A DNA stretch of 64,000 nucleotides from a bacterium (GTDB taxonomy: Bacteria > Patescibacteriota > Saccharimonadia > Saccharimonadales > SZUA-47). Below the pieces are notes generated by a model. The model saw only the letters and a program-made list of their open reading frames with translations, had not been told where the DNA came from and did not search any database. Positions 47,412 to 56,220 of this stretch are shown one piece after another. The stretch lies in NCBI GenBank assembly GCA_030428125.1, contig JAUIBF010000001.1, positions 14,102-78,101 of the forward strand. Reading direction: 5' to 3'. The stretch's first letter is position 1; each line of letters begins with the position of its first letter. Position numbers and translations under genes: made by a program.

Positions 47412-48086
47412 ATGCCAAGCTTGGTTCTGCCAGAAGAAAATCAATTCGAAGTAGCCCTCCACTTACACGAGACCGGGAGGTTTGGAATTCATGAAAATCC
47501 AGATGACTTCATTACCTTAAAAAGTGGAAGAATATCACCACACTACCTAGACCTTAGACCTGGAATATCTAGTCCAGACACTCGAAGAATTGTTGGAGGT
47601 GGACTGCTTGATCTTGCGGAGATGGGTGAAGACTTTTTGCATATTGTAGGGACTCCGGAAGCATTTACCTCTTATGCTGCTTCAATGGCAGATATGTCAG
47701 AGAGAAGTTTATTGCAGCCGAGGGTGGCACAAAAGCAAAGCGGGAACAAGGTTCCAATTTTAGGTACATATAGTGATTGGGATACAGTCGCAGTATTCGA
47801 TGATGTAGTTACAGATGGCAAAACTAAGGTAGACACAATTGAAGGGTTAGAGGCTGCAGGTCTAATCGTAGCTGGCTAATATGTGGTGCTTGACCGGCAA
47901 GAAGGTGGGGTGCCACAGGTAGAGCAGGAAACAGGTATTGTTATCGGTTCAGTTTTGCGAGTAGCTGATATGGTGCGTACGTTACGAGCAGAAAACGTCT
48001 ATTCTGAAACGCAATTCGATAATGTAAAACAATACCTCGAACAGTATGGAGACGAGGGCGTTGCAGCATCCATGGGAACGGCATAA
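47412..48086 (+). pseudogene. pyrE: orotate phosphoribosyltransferase interrupted by one in-frame TAA (47877-47879)
   Basis: ORFs 47412..47879 and 47883..48086 are in the same frame. The joined sequence reads VAVFDDVVTDGKTK...GLIVAG*YVVLDRQEGG, spanning the PRPP-binding loop and the LDRQEGG motif of OPRTases. Confidence 0.7.
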
Positions 48087-48116
48087 AAACTAGTAACTTT
48101 AAATCGGAGGAACAGA

Positions 48117-48881
48117 ATGTTAAAAGCAAACGTAGGACAACTCTCACCAGATCAAAGAATAATTATTGCTTATGATGGCATGAACTTAGACCAGGCAGCA
48201 GAGATGCATGCCGGATTTAATGAAGCTGGGTTTCATCCTATAGCTAAAGCAAACTCGCTTGCCACAAGACCGGGGCTTGATGCAGTAATGGCTAGGTTTA
48301 CAGACCTAGGATCACAAGTCATGTTCGACCCGAAACATCACGATACAGAAAACACGATGTACAACTACATAACAGAGGATGTCGCTGCAGAACCAGTGGC
48401 GCCGTTAATGGTTACGCTGCATGCATCGAATGGTACTGATGCACTTAGAGAAGCAACGCGTGGTAGGAATGAGTCTGTAGGAGCCGATTCTGAAATACTT
48501 AATTTGCTTGGTATTACAGTGCTAACTTCACTAGACGATGATGATGTTGTAAGTGTTTTCGGTGAAGGCGCGACTGCTGAATCAAAGTTCGTGGAGTTCG
48601 CACACCGAGCTCATGAAGCAGGCTGGCAAGGCTTAGTTTCTTCAGGAAAAGAGCTTGTAAAAGGTTATGAATTCAGAGAGCTAGACGGATTGCTGAGAGT
48701 TATTCCTGGTATCAAGTTGCCTGGCAATGACGACACAAAAGGTCAGAAACGACTATATACTCCTGATGTTGCAATCAGTGAAGGAGCGGACTTTGTTGTA
48801 ATTGGTCGCCACATCACAGAGGCAGATTCACCAGTTGCTGCTCTGGAGAAGGCAGTCGAGTTGGTTGATAAGGCAGCTTAG
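48117..48881 (+). CDS. pyrF: orotidine-5'-phosphate decarboxylase
   Basis: FDPKHHDTENTM (DxKxxDIxNT-like) and PGIKLPG...RLYTPDVAISEGADFVVIGRHI. Confidence 0.7.
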   Translation: MLKANVGQLSPDQRIIIAYDGMNLDQAAEMHAGFNEAGFHPIAKANSLATRPGLDAVMARFTDLGSQVMFDPKHHDTENTMYNYITEDVAAEPVAPLMVTLHASNGTDALREATRGRNESVGADSEILNLLGITVLTSLDDDDVVSVFGEGATAESKFVEFAHRAHEAGWQGLVSSGKELVKGYEFRELDGLLRVIPGIKLPGNDDTKGQKRLYTPDVAISEGADFVVIGRHITEADSPVAALEKAVELVDKAA

Positions 48882-49070
48882 TATGATTGTTGTAGGCGCG
48901 TAGGTAGCTTTTTAGGCTTTTCGGTTTACTATATACGAACCCTTTACTTACAAGTCAATCTGAAATGACTTCATTTACTGCCTTGCGCGGGGTTTGCGAG
49001 TTTTGCCTAAACGTAATCGTGATGATTCATTGTATACTTTTAGGTATCAGAGTAGAGGGAAACACACAGG

Positions 49071-50330
49071 GTGAATGCCGGTAAACTGAAAATAATCATT
49101 AGTAAATACAAATTATCAGTTTTTATGGTTATTTTTGGAGTGATAGGTGTAGGGTTCCTAGCATTTTCATCTGCTGCGTCTGATTCGGTTATTGTTGAGT
49201 CTGAAAGTACATTTATCACTGGCGATGCCAGTGTCTTGTACGATGTAAATACCTCCGAAAATCAATACGTAGAGTTCGGATCTAGTGACGGCCAGACCTG
49301 GGAGCAAGCTCTCTTGGCTGCTACTGAAGCCACAAATATTCCGCCTGATTGTCACCAGGACGAATCGACCATATCATCAGCCAGGACTTCGGAGTGTCGG
49401 GTCATTGCCCAAGTAGGTATGAATATAATGCGTGATTGGTATATTAAAAACACCGGTTTCGAAAGTTATTTCGACCCTGATCTAAACAGATTTTTGACAG
49501 ATTCAGACCTAGACCCGTATCCGGGTGGTGAAATAACGGAAAGCAATATAACGCTTGATAGAAAAAAATTCTCCGGCCCAATAACTATAGTCGGCAATAA
49601 TGTCACCATTACAAATTCCAAAGTGGAAGTAGGGGGCTATTCATACGGGATAGACTTAAGGCAGGGCAGCAATTACACAATTGACAGAGTTACTGTTGAA
49701 TACGTTGGCCAACTTGGTCCGACTAAAGCCGATCGTGGCAACAGGGCTGTGTATGCAAATAAGCCAGGCGTAGTCAGAAGGGTAAAGGCGCTGGATGGTT
49801 TTAGTTCAGGTTTTCGAGCGGAGGGCCAAGGGGCTATGGACATACTTTGGGAGTACAATTTCCTAGATAGACTTTACGTTACCGATCTTAACCCCGATGG
49901 ATCAACAGCAGGAGACCACAACACATCAGCAACGCTAAGGTCAAACTTAGGTGCTTCGCAAGGTATTAGTGGCGTTACATATCGACGAAACATGTTCTTA
50001 GATGGAACATCAGCCGCATTTAGCTTTTATGATAAAGAACCAAGTGTTACTCATAGCAATTTATTATTCGAAGAAAACATTTATGATATTTTTCATACAT
50101 CTAACTCTGACGGATCTGGTGGCCGAGGTGTTAATTATTGTATAAATTCGGGTAACAGTGGTAACTACAGTAACGTAAGGTACATAGGGAATGTTTTTGG
50201 TCAATCTCAAAGACCTACAAATAAAGGCGATGGAAATTGGTACCGCAAATGTGGCTCGTCATTTCCAAGTTCGGGTAATCAAGGCGATTATTCATCAGGC
50301 AATAGGTATATCGACGGCAATCCTATTTAG
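49071..50330 (+). CDS. secreted protein, probable right-handed beta-helix
   Basis: GTG start and an N-terminal TM/signal segment. The protein is G/N/S-rich with repetitive strands (ITIVGNNVTITNSKVEV). Confidence 0.45.
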   Translation: MNAGKLKIIISKYKLSVFMVIFGVIGVGFLAFSSAASDSVIVESESTFITGDASVLYDVNTSENQYVEFGSSDGQTWEQALLAATEATNIPPDCHQDESTISSARTSECRVIAQVGMNIMRDWYIKNTGFESYFDPDLNRFLTDSDLDPYPGGEITESNITLDRKKFSGPITIVGNNVTITNSKVEVGGYSYGIDLRQGSNYTIDRVTVEYVGQLGPTKADRGNRAVYANKPGVVRRVKALDGFSSGFRAEGQGAMDILWEYNFLDRLYVTDLNPDGSTAGDHNTSATLRSNLGASQGISGVTYRRNMFLDGTSAAFSFYDKEPSVTHSNLLFEENIYDIFHTSNSDGSGGRGVNYCINSGNSGNYSNVRYIGNVFGQSQRPTNKGDGNWYRKCGSSFPSSGNQGDYSSGNRYIDGNPI

Positions 50331-50344
50331 AAGATCCTGAAGTT

Positions 50345-50689
50345 TTACTTATTGGACGTAAAGTCAATTCTTAGTTGGGCCATTAGTTCGACGGCACGTT
50401 TTGGGATGGGGCTATCGACCGTGAATCTAACAACGCCTTTACTATGGTCTAACTCCGGAAATTCTTCGATAACTACTGATACAATTCGTGGATCAAACGG
50501 ATAGACATTTAATCCGTGCTTGTTATCGCTGAAACCAATCAAGGGCTTGTTGTTAAGTTTGAATGCTGGCAGGCCGTAGCTCAAGCCTTCGACTGCATCC
50601 GGTGCTAGTTCTATAACGGTATCAATCACGCATTTTTTTAAACACTGTGCCTCATCACTATCAAGGCTACTCAAATAATCACTAAACAT
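50345..50689 (-). CDS. DUF1801 (YdhG-like) domain protein
   Basis: LSYGLPAFKLNNKPLIGFSDNKHGLNVYPF is typical of DUF1801. Confidence 0.6.
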   Translation of the reverse strand: MFSDYLSSLDSDEAQCLKKCVIDTVIELAPDAVEGLSYGLPAFKLNNKPLIGFSDNKHGLNVYPFDPRIVSVVIEEFPELDHSKGVVRFTVDSPIPKRAVELMAQLRIDFTSNK

Positions 50690-50705
50690 ATCCTAATTGT
50701 AGCTC

Positions 50706-50734
50706 AAAATAAAAACCCCATCCATGGGATGAGG
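50706..50734 (-). terminator. orphaned Rho-independent terminator (probable original tRNA-fMet terminator)
   Basis: In minus sense: CCTCATCC-cat-GGATGGGG followed by TTTTTATTTT. It starts 9 nt after the left copy of the tRNA 3'-end repeat. Confidence 0.6.
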
Positions 50735-50742
50735 TTCATATT

Positions 50743-50751
50743 TTGGTAGCG
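50743..50751. repeat. left direct repeat (attL core) TTGGTAGCG
   Basis: Identical to 56176-56184, the last 8 nt of the tRNA plus 1 flanking nt. Confidence 0.6.
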
Positions 50752-50862
50752 CGCCTAAAATCGGATTGGAACCTAATCTGTTCAGAGCTTAGCCGCTGGA
50801 AACAGCAATTAGAGGTGGCACAAGATGTTATGTGGACTGGCAGTTAGGAGTGGAACGGATTC

Positions 50863-52767
50863 TTAAACTAGGTTCTTTTCTATGTAGTCTTTAAGGTCTT
50901 TCACGAACTTAGCATAGTCAGACGTAATGTCGTCATACTTAAAGCTATCAAATACTGCCGTCTTAAGCTCTTTAAAGATCGTTTTGATCTCGTCACTGTT
51001 TCTGCCGTCGCTGATCAGCTGGTCTTTGATGTATTTAAGCTTGTTATGTGCCGGCAGGCTTGAGGCGCTTACAGTGAACTCGTTGCCTAGTTTTTTAGTT
51101 ACTGCGCTAACTGAACTAGAAAGAAGCTCATTCTTAATAAAGTCTTCGCCAGTTATCGCATTAGTATTTTTTGAAATCTGCTTGTAGGTCAGCCATTTGA
51201 TTTCATGACCCCACTCATTGTAGTTTTTCTGATTATCCTTAGCCGCTGTATCGTTATCACTTACGATGAGCCCCTTTCTCTCAGCAGCTTCAAGCGTAGG
51301 CACTAAGGACCTGAACGAAGGTGCCCCGGAACCATGAACAATACCAAGCTGGCTAAAGAACTGTTTGTGGTTTTTCGTAGTGTACTTCTTAAATAACTGC
51401 TTGTCTCTCCAGCCCTCAAAAAGCAGGTTTACCTCTTTTAGATGTTCGAAAGTAGAATAGTTAATTGCATTGAATATAACTTCTTCATCTACAATATTTC
51501 CTTCGTTTCCTTCCTCTAAACTAGTTACTTCGCGATCCTTTCTTACAATATAGTGCCTTGAAATATCATGTCTATCGATCATAAAAATAGAGTGAGTCGA
51601 GTAGACTACCTGATTATTTGTTGATACTTTCAGCAACTCATCCCTAAAGTACCTTGCCCCGGAGGGGTGAAGGCCGATTTCTGGTTCGTCAATCAGTATA
51701 AGCGCGTCCTGGAGCTTACCAGTATGTGAGGTGCTCGAAATACTAAGCAGGAAAGCAATGAACTTCTTGAACCCGTCACTCCTGTCTTTGAATTGGAAAT
51801 CGTTCTCTTCAGATATGCTGCACTGTATTTTTGTCCCGTCCATTTGCAAAGTAAAACTAACATCACCATACTCTTTCCAGACAGTTGCTAAATACTCGGT
51901 CGCTTTTTCGTGGACTCTTTTTAGTAGGTTGTTTAAGCGTGTTGGACCTTTTTCTTTTTCTGCTTTAATAGTGCTCGGTATATCTTCAATCCCCGCCAGA
52001 TTAAACATGTTCTTTAGTGAAAGAAACTTTTTAGGATCTTCCATGAACTTGGCTAAATTAACGTGAGACGGCAAGAAGTCCTGCTCTTCAAACTCCCAAA
52101 AAATAACTTCAGGCAGATTGTCCTTCATGTACTGGATTAAGCTGCCGTGAACAAGATCTGAAAAGTTGTCAAAAGTTGCTACCGCGAGATAGCCCTCAGG
52201 AATTTTTTGGTGTTCTTCTTCTGACAACTTGGCTAGCTTTAATGCGCCTAATGTTGTCTTTAGTCCTTCTTCGTCAGTATACTCAAAGTCTTCGGGGCAT
52301 TTTGAGGTTATCTTATACCAGCCGTCTGTAATGTCGTACTTCTCGTCATATGTAAAATATTGACCAGATTTACTTTCTTTAGGGACATTAACCTTGTATT
52401 GGAGGTGTTCAAATGTTCTTATGAAACCGTATACAGTAAGCGCCTCGTCACCTATACTCGCAATTTTAGCCCTTGGCCCGGCTAGGATTTGAGCATTTAA
52501 AATATCCCTAACTGCCTCGTGATCCTTCTTCTCAAGCTTAAACTTAAACTTGATGCACGATTCATCAACCTGCGCCTCATCTCCTAGAGGCTGCCTCTCG
52601 TCTGACTTGTGGGGTGCGTATTCTGGTGAAAGTGTTGCAAGGGCGTTTAGTACGTTTGATTTGCCCGACTCATTAATACCAACTAAAACTCTGCAGCTTG
52701 GATCAAATGTAACAACCTGATGTTTTATAGACCTGTAGTTTATGATTGTTGATTCTACTAGTTTCAT
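50863..52767 (-). CDS. OLD-family / PARIS-like ATPase-TOPRIM protein
   Basis: Walker A GINESGKSNVLNAL and Walker B LILIDEPEIGLHP. The C-terminus LLFEGWRDKQLF ... LIVSDNDTA fits the TOPRIM E-G and DxD motifs. Confidence 0.6.
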   Translation of the reverse strand: MKLVESTIINYRSIKHQVVTFDPSCRVLVGINESGKSNVLNALATLSPEYAPHKSDERQPLGDEAQVDESCIKFKFKLEKKDHEAVRDILNAQILAGPRAKIASIGDEALTVYGFIRTFEHLQYKVNVPKESKSGQYFTYDEKYDITDGWYKITSKCPEDFEYTDEEGLKTTLGALKLAKLSEEEHQKIPEGYLAVATFDNFSDLVHGSLIQYMKDNLPEVIFWEFEEQDFLPSHVNLAKFMEDPKKFLSLKNMFNLAGIEDIPSTIKAEKEKGPTRLNNLLKRVHEKATEYLATVWKEYGDVSFTLQMDGTKIQCSISEENDFQFKDRSDGFKKFIAFLLSISSTSHTGKLQDALILIDEPEIGLHPSGARYFRDELLKVSTNNQVVYSTHSIFMIDRHDISRHYIVRKDREVTSLEEGNEGNIVDEEVIFNAINYSTFEHLKEVNLLFEGWRDKQLFKKYTTKNHKQFFSQLGIVHGSGAPSFRSLVPTLEAAERKGLIVSDNDTAAKDNQKNYNEWGHEIKWLTYKQISKNTNAITGEDFIKNELLSSSVSAVTKKLGNEFTVSASSLPAHNKLKYIKDQLISDGRNSDEIKTIFKELKTAVFDSFKYDDITSDYAKFVKDLKDYIEKNLV

Positions 52768-52857
52768 ATTTTGTAGCTTTTGTCATATTCCCACCACTTG
52801 GTTACAGTTTACATCTGCCACCTCTGTTTTACAAGATTAGCACTCAATACGTAGCCA

Positions 52858-52922
52858 GTACGCGCGCAGACATGTGTGTGCGCAGAGCATGTTTTGTAAG
52901 CAATACGTGCGCGTGTGCGCAG
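52858..52922. repeat. GC-rich alternating purine-pyrimidine tracts with a 10-nt direct repeat
   Basis: Alternating tracts at 52858-52868 (11 nt), 52870-52884 (15 nt) and 52903-52921 (19 nt). GTGTGCGCAG occurs at 52876-52885 and 52913-52922. Confidence 0.75.
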
Positions 52923-52927
52923 GTGAT

Positions 52928-53398
52928 CTATTGGTAGATATTTTCTACCGCATACATAGCAGATTCACCATTTGTGCCATGAATCAATTCAACAAAGCTC
53001 GGATTAACATCCAATAAGTAGCCCCAGCGCAGCATGTAGTCGTCAGCTTCTTTCGTACCAATCCTGCTATTTATGTGTCTAATTTCAGGAAAATAACAGA
53101 GATACAGCCACCGGAAGTGCAGTTTTGAGCCACGTGGAGCATTCTGGGCTTGCGTGTCGCGCTTTCTGACGAAGTATGTAATGAAAGCTAGGTCTGCAGC
53201 CTTCTTTCCGTCTGGGGTCATAGAATGTTTGACGTCCATGTACGTAATTGGCATGCCCAGCATGCTCTTTATGCGAATTTTGGATACATGCAAAAAGTCG
53301 AGCCTGGATTCTTTAGGTATGCGCTCGGTCCTGTTCATGCCAAGCCAGTGGAACTTCAGCGGCTGATATTTACTGACAAACTTGTCAAATGATTGCAT
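52928..53398 (-). CDS. hypothetical protein (element cargo)
   Basis: 156 aa with no recognised motif. It starts 3 nt after the upstream stop. Confidence 0.5.
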   Translation of the reverse strand: MQSFDKFVSKYQPLKFHWLGMNRTERIPKESRLDFLHVSKIRIKSMLGMPITYMDVKHSMTPDGKKAADLAFITYFVRKRDTQAQNAPRGSKLHFRWLYLCYFPEIRHINSRIGTKEADDYMLRWGYLLDVNPSFVELIHGTNGESAMYAVENIYQ

Positions 53399-53401
53399 GC
53401 C

Positions 53402-53806
53402 TTAGAGCTGATGCATTATCCGAATAAACACGATAGCAGCTACTATCGGAAATAAGAAACCTGCGGCTGATGTGATTGTGAAAAATACTAATTTTGGCAC
53501 ATCATGTAACGCTCCGGGTTTTTCTTGTCCAAGCATCATGAGTGCGCCGTCACGGTCGTTCATAGCATGGATTGATTTGATCTTTCTTAGCTTTAGTAAA
53601 AAGAACGGTATTGATGCAAATGAGATAACAAATATACCGGGCAAAAATAACAAAACCGTAGACAATGAAACGAAAGTGCCAGTTATGATGCTGTAGATCA
53701 AACCTGCAGTTAACCACCAAAAGATAACACTCTTTGAATATGATGTTGCCGACATGTTGTATTCATCAGCATCAACACCTGCGACCTTCTTTTTCTTTTC
53801 TGCCAT
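53402..53806 (-). CDS. small 3-TM membrane protein (element cargo)
   Basis: The start is the ATG 53804-53806, which has a GAAGGAG SD (the ORF track extends to 53905). It has three hydrophobic helices. Confidence 0.5.
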   Translation of the reverse strand: MAEKKKKVAGVDADEYNMSATSYSKSVIFWWLTAGLIYSIITGTFVSLSTVLLFLPGIFVISFASIPFFLLKLRKIKSIHAMNDRDGALMMLGQEKPGALHDVPKLVFFTITSAAGFLFPIVAAIVFIRIMHQL

Positions 53807-54206
53807 TGCTACTCCTTCGTTAATTAGGTGCGAGCAATCAAAAAGCCCGTCACGAGCGACAGCCTTTCGACCATCCATCACCGTTTCCAGCAATGACATC
53901 AACAAGAAGTACTCATGACGAGCTGTTTCTTGTTGATGATTTGATGACCATGCCGGCAGAACCGGGTTAGGTCTAGTGGATTAACCACTTGAAGACATTA
54001 TATCTTGTTTGTGTACAATGACTACCAGTAAATATACTAAATAACATAAGCATTATCCTTGCAAATTTGTGTTCGGCCACGTATGCTGTACTTAACTGTC
54101 CCACTGATCAAGGACGAAAAAAGGATCACATCATTAACCATAAATAGTAAAGGAGATTCAAAAACAAAATATCTGCGAGGCTATAACTAATAAGAGGAAG
54201 CCGGAT

Positions 54207-54476
54207 ATGAAAAAACTACATAAACATTCAACTGCATACCGAATGCAGTACGTAACTAGTGACAGATTTTTAGTAGCTGCACTGATTAGTAATGGGCTTA
54301 GTCCAGAAGTAATTGCTAAGACGAAGGCAGGCGTCATGTTCTATACATTTAAGCGCAGTCAGCGTTTTACGAGACTACTAGAACGTTACGAAAATAACAC
54401 GCTCAAGGTGAAAACAGACTACTACGATCGAGTTTGCGAGATGCATTACGAACCCTTCGATTGGGGTAATGACTAG
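54207..54476 (+). CDS. DUF5659-like small protein
   Basis: The TSDRFLVAALISNGL...FYTFKRS...Y pattern resembles DUF5659 proteins common in phage and CPR elements. An AAGAGGAAG SD lies upstream. Confidence 0.4.
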   Translation: MKKLHKHSTAYRMQYVTSDRFLVAALISNGLSPEVIAKTKAGVMFYTFKRSQRFTRLLERYENNTLKVKTDYYDRVCEMHYEPFDWGND

Positions 54477-54594
54477 CAAGGAGGCTCGTAAGCTCCTTGG
54501 CAAACAAGCGCAGGAAATGTCCGATGATGAGGTACAACACTTCATCGAGTTTCTTGTTGCCTGCGCCAAGGAGCGCCTTGGAGTCAAGGTGTAA
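54469..54594 (+). CDS. 41-aa ORF upstream of the recombinase (possible directionality factor)
   Basis: Hand translation gives MTSKEARKLLGKQAQEMSDDEVQHFIEFLVACAKERLGVKV. It overlaps the upstream stop. The functional suggestion rests on position only. Confidence 0.3.
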   Translation: MTSKEARKLLGKQAQEMSDDEVQHFIEFLVACAKERLGVKV

Positions 54595-54642
54595 AAAGAG
54601 CCAATAACACTATAAAATAGTTGTAGTGAAAGGTACAACACT

Positions 54643-56220
54643 ATGAATAATCAAAGAACCAAGAAAGCCGTTGCATATATTAGGGTTTCAAGCACTATGC
54701 AAAAGGACAACGAAAGTCCTGATACGCAACACGCAAAAATTCAGGAATATGCTAACTCAAATGGGATTGAGATTATCAAAGACGGCTGGTTCTTTGATGA
54801 AGCAAAAAGTGGTAAAAATGCAGACCGTGAAGAGCTGCAGAACATGCTTAAGTTTGCTCTTTCGCGGAGAGACAAGATTGATCACGTAATAGTTTACAAA
54901 ATGAGCCGCGCTTCTAGGGACCTGTACTCATACATCACACAAGTGCAAATGGCACTAAGATCAAAAGGTATCACAATGAGATCCGCCACGGAGCCAATTG
55001 ATGATACAAAAATGGGAAGGTTCATGGAAAACTTGTACGTCATACTTGCCCAGCTCGATAATGACAGCAAAGCAGAATATACGCTCGATAACATGAAATC
55101 GCTTGCCGCGCAGGGCTATTATCAACACTCGCCACCGACTGGATACGATAACGCTAAGCTGCCTAATGCTATGGGGAAGCCAAGACCTTCGCTTAAACAA
55201 AATGACATGGCGCCAAAAGTAAAGAATGTCCTCGAAAGGTTTAGTAAGGGTGGTATCACGAAAGCCGAGCTCAAAAGATATGCCGATTCTATCGGATTGA
55301 GGAGTAGGTATGGCAAGAAGATGAGTGAAGATTCAATTAATCGCATGCTTGGCAATGCGACATATGCAGGCTTTATTAAGGATAGATTCACTGATCACAA
55401 ACAAGTAGCTGGTAGGCATGAGCCAATCATTACCCCAGAAGTTTATGAGTTAAACCAGGCGCTTCTTTACGGCAGGAACACCCGTAAAGATGAGGTACAC
55501 AAGCGTAAGAACGAGAGCTATGTACTGAAAGGAACATTGATGTGTATCGGATGTAACAACCCTTTGTACGCTTCGGCGCCACGCACTGGAAATGGTGGAT
55601 ATTCTCCAAGATATCATTGTGGACGCGGCTGTAAATCACCATCCATAAAAGCAAATATTGTGCATGAGGACTTTGAGCGTTTGCTTGATGAGCTTAAGCC
55701 TTCTGAAGGCGTGCTCAAATTGTACAAACAAGTGTTGATTCAAGAAGCCAATAAGGCACTAGGCGCTCTTAATGGCCGTATATCAGCTGTACGAGATGAG
55801 CTTGACGAGATTGCTGTAAAACGGGCTAACGGAATTGAAATGTTCGCCGGTGGAGAGTTGTCTATAGAAGAAAAGAACGTATTAATAGACAGTTTGGATC
55901 AAAAGAAGCTAGAAACCCAATTAAGACTGCATGACCTTGAGCAACTGCAGAATATTCGTGAATCTGACATAGATGCTGCGATCAACTTTATGGGTAGCGT
56001 CAACGAGCAGTGGAAGAACAGTAACTTCGATAACAGAGTTAGGTTCCAAAACATACTATTTCCTCAAGGTATTACGTATAATCTCGCCGAACAAGAGTTT
56101 GGAACCTCACAAATGAGTCCGCTTTATAGATTGGTGGAACGAAAAAGAGACTCCGGAGAGTCTCAAAAATCTTACTTGGTAGCGGGGGCAGGACTCGAAC
56201 CTGCGACCTCTTGGTTATGA
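54643..56220 (+). CDS. large serine recombinase (integrase)
   Basis: The N-terminal resolvase domain AVAYIRVSSTMQ contains the catalytic Ser region, with the later YKMSRASRD. A recombinase domain, the Cys cluster CIGCNNPLY...YHCGRGC and a coiled coil follow. The last 44 nt are antisense to the tRNA. Confidence 0.85.
   Translation: MNNQRTKKAVAYIRVSSTMQKDNESPDTQHAKIQEYANSNGIEIIKDGWFFDEAKSGKNADREELQNMLKFALSRRDKIDHVIVYKMSRASRDLYSYITQVQMALRSKGITMRSATEPIDDTKMGRFMENLYVILAQLDNDSKAEYTLDNMKSLAAQGYYQHSPPTGYDNAKLPNAMGKPRPSLKQNDMAPKVKNVLERFSKGGITKAELKRYADSIGLRSRYGKKMSEDSINRMLGNATYAGFIKDRFTDHKQVAGRHEPIITPEVYELNQALLYGRNTRKDEVHKRKNESYVLKGTLMCIGCNNPLYASAPRTGNGGYSPRYHCGRGCKSPSIKANIVHEDFERLLDELKPSEGVLKLYKQVLIQEANKALGALNGRISAVRDELDEIAVKRANGIEMFAGGELSIEEKNVLIDSLDQKKLETQLRLHDLEQLQNIRESDIDAAINFMGSVNEQWKNSNFDNRVRFQNILFPQGITYNLAEQEFGTSQMSPLYRLVERKRDSGESQKSYLVAGAGLEPATSWL
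56176..56184. repeat. right direct repeat (attR core) TTGGTAGCG
   Basis: Identical to 50743-50751. Confidence 0.6.

Larger units (their letters stand above)
50743..56184. mobile_element. 5.4-kb integrative element in the tRNA-fMet 3' end (serine-recombinase type)
   Basis: 9-bp direct repeats, a recombinase gene abutting and overlapping the tRNA, the tRNA terminator displaced to the far side, and a cargo of defence-like genes. Confidence 0.65.

Noticed and set aside
52931-52937. TTGGTAG inside the element, a partial match to the TTGGTAGCG att core
   Set aside because: Only 7 of 9 nt match, it lies inside the 3' end of a coding region, and it has no flanking similarity to attL or attR. Treated as chance.
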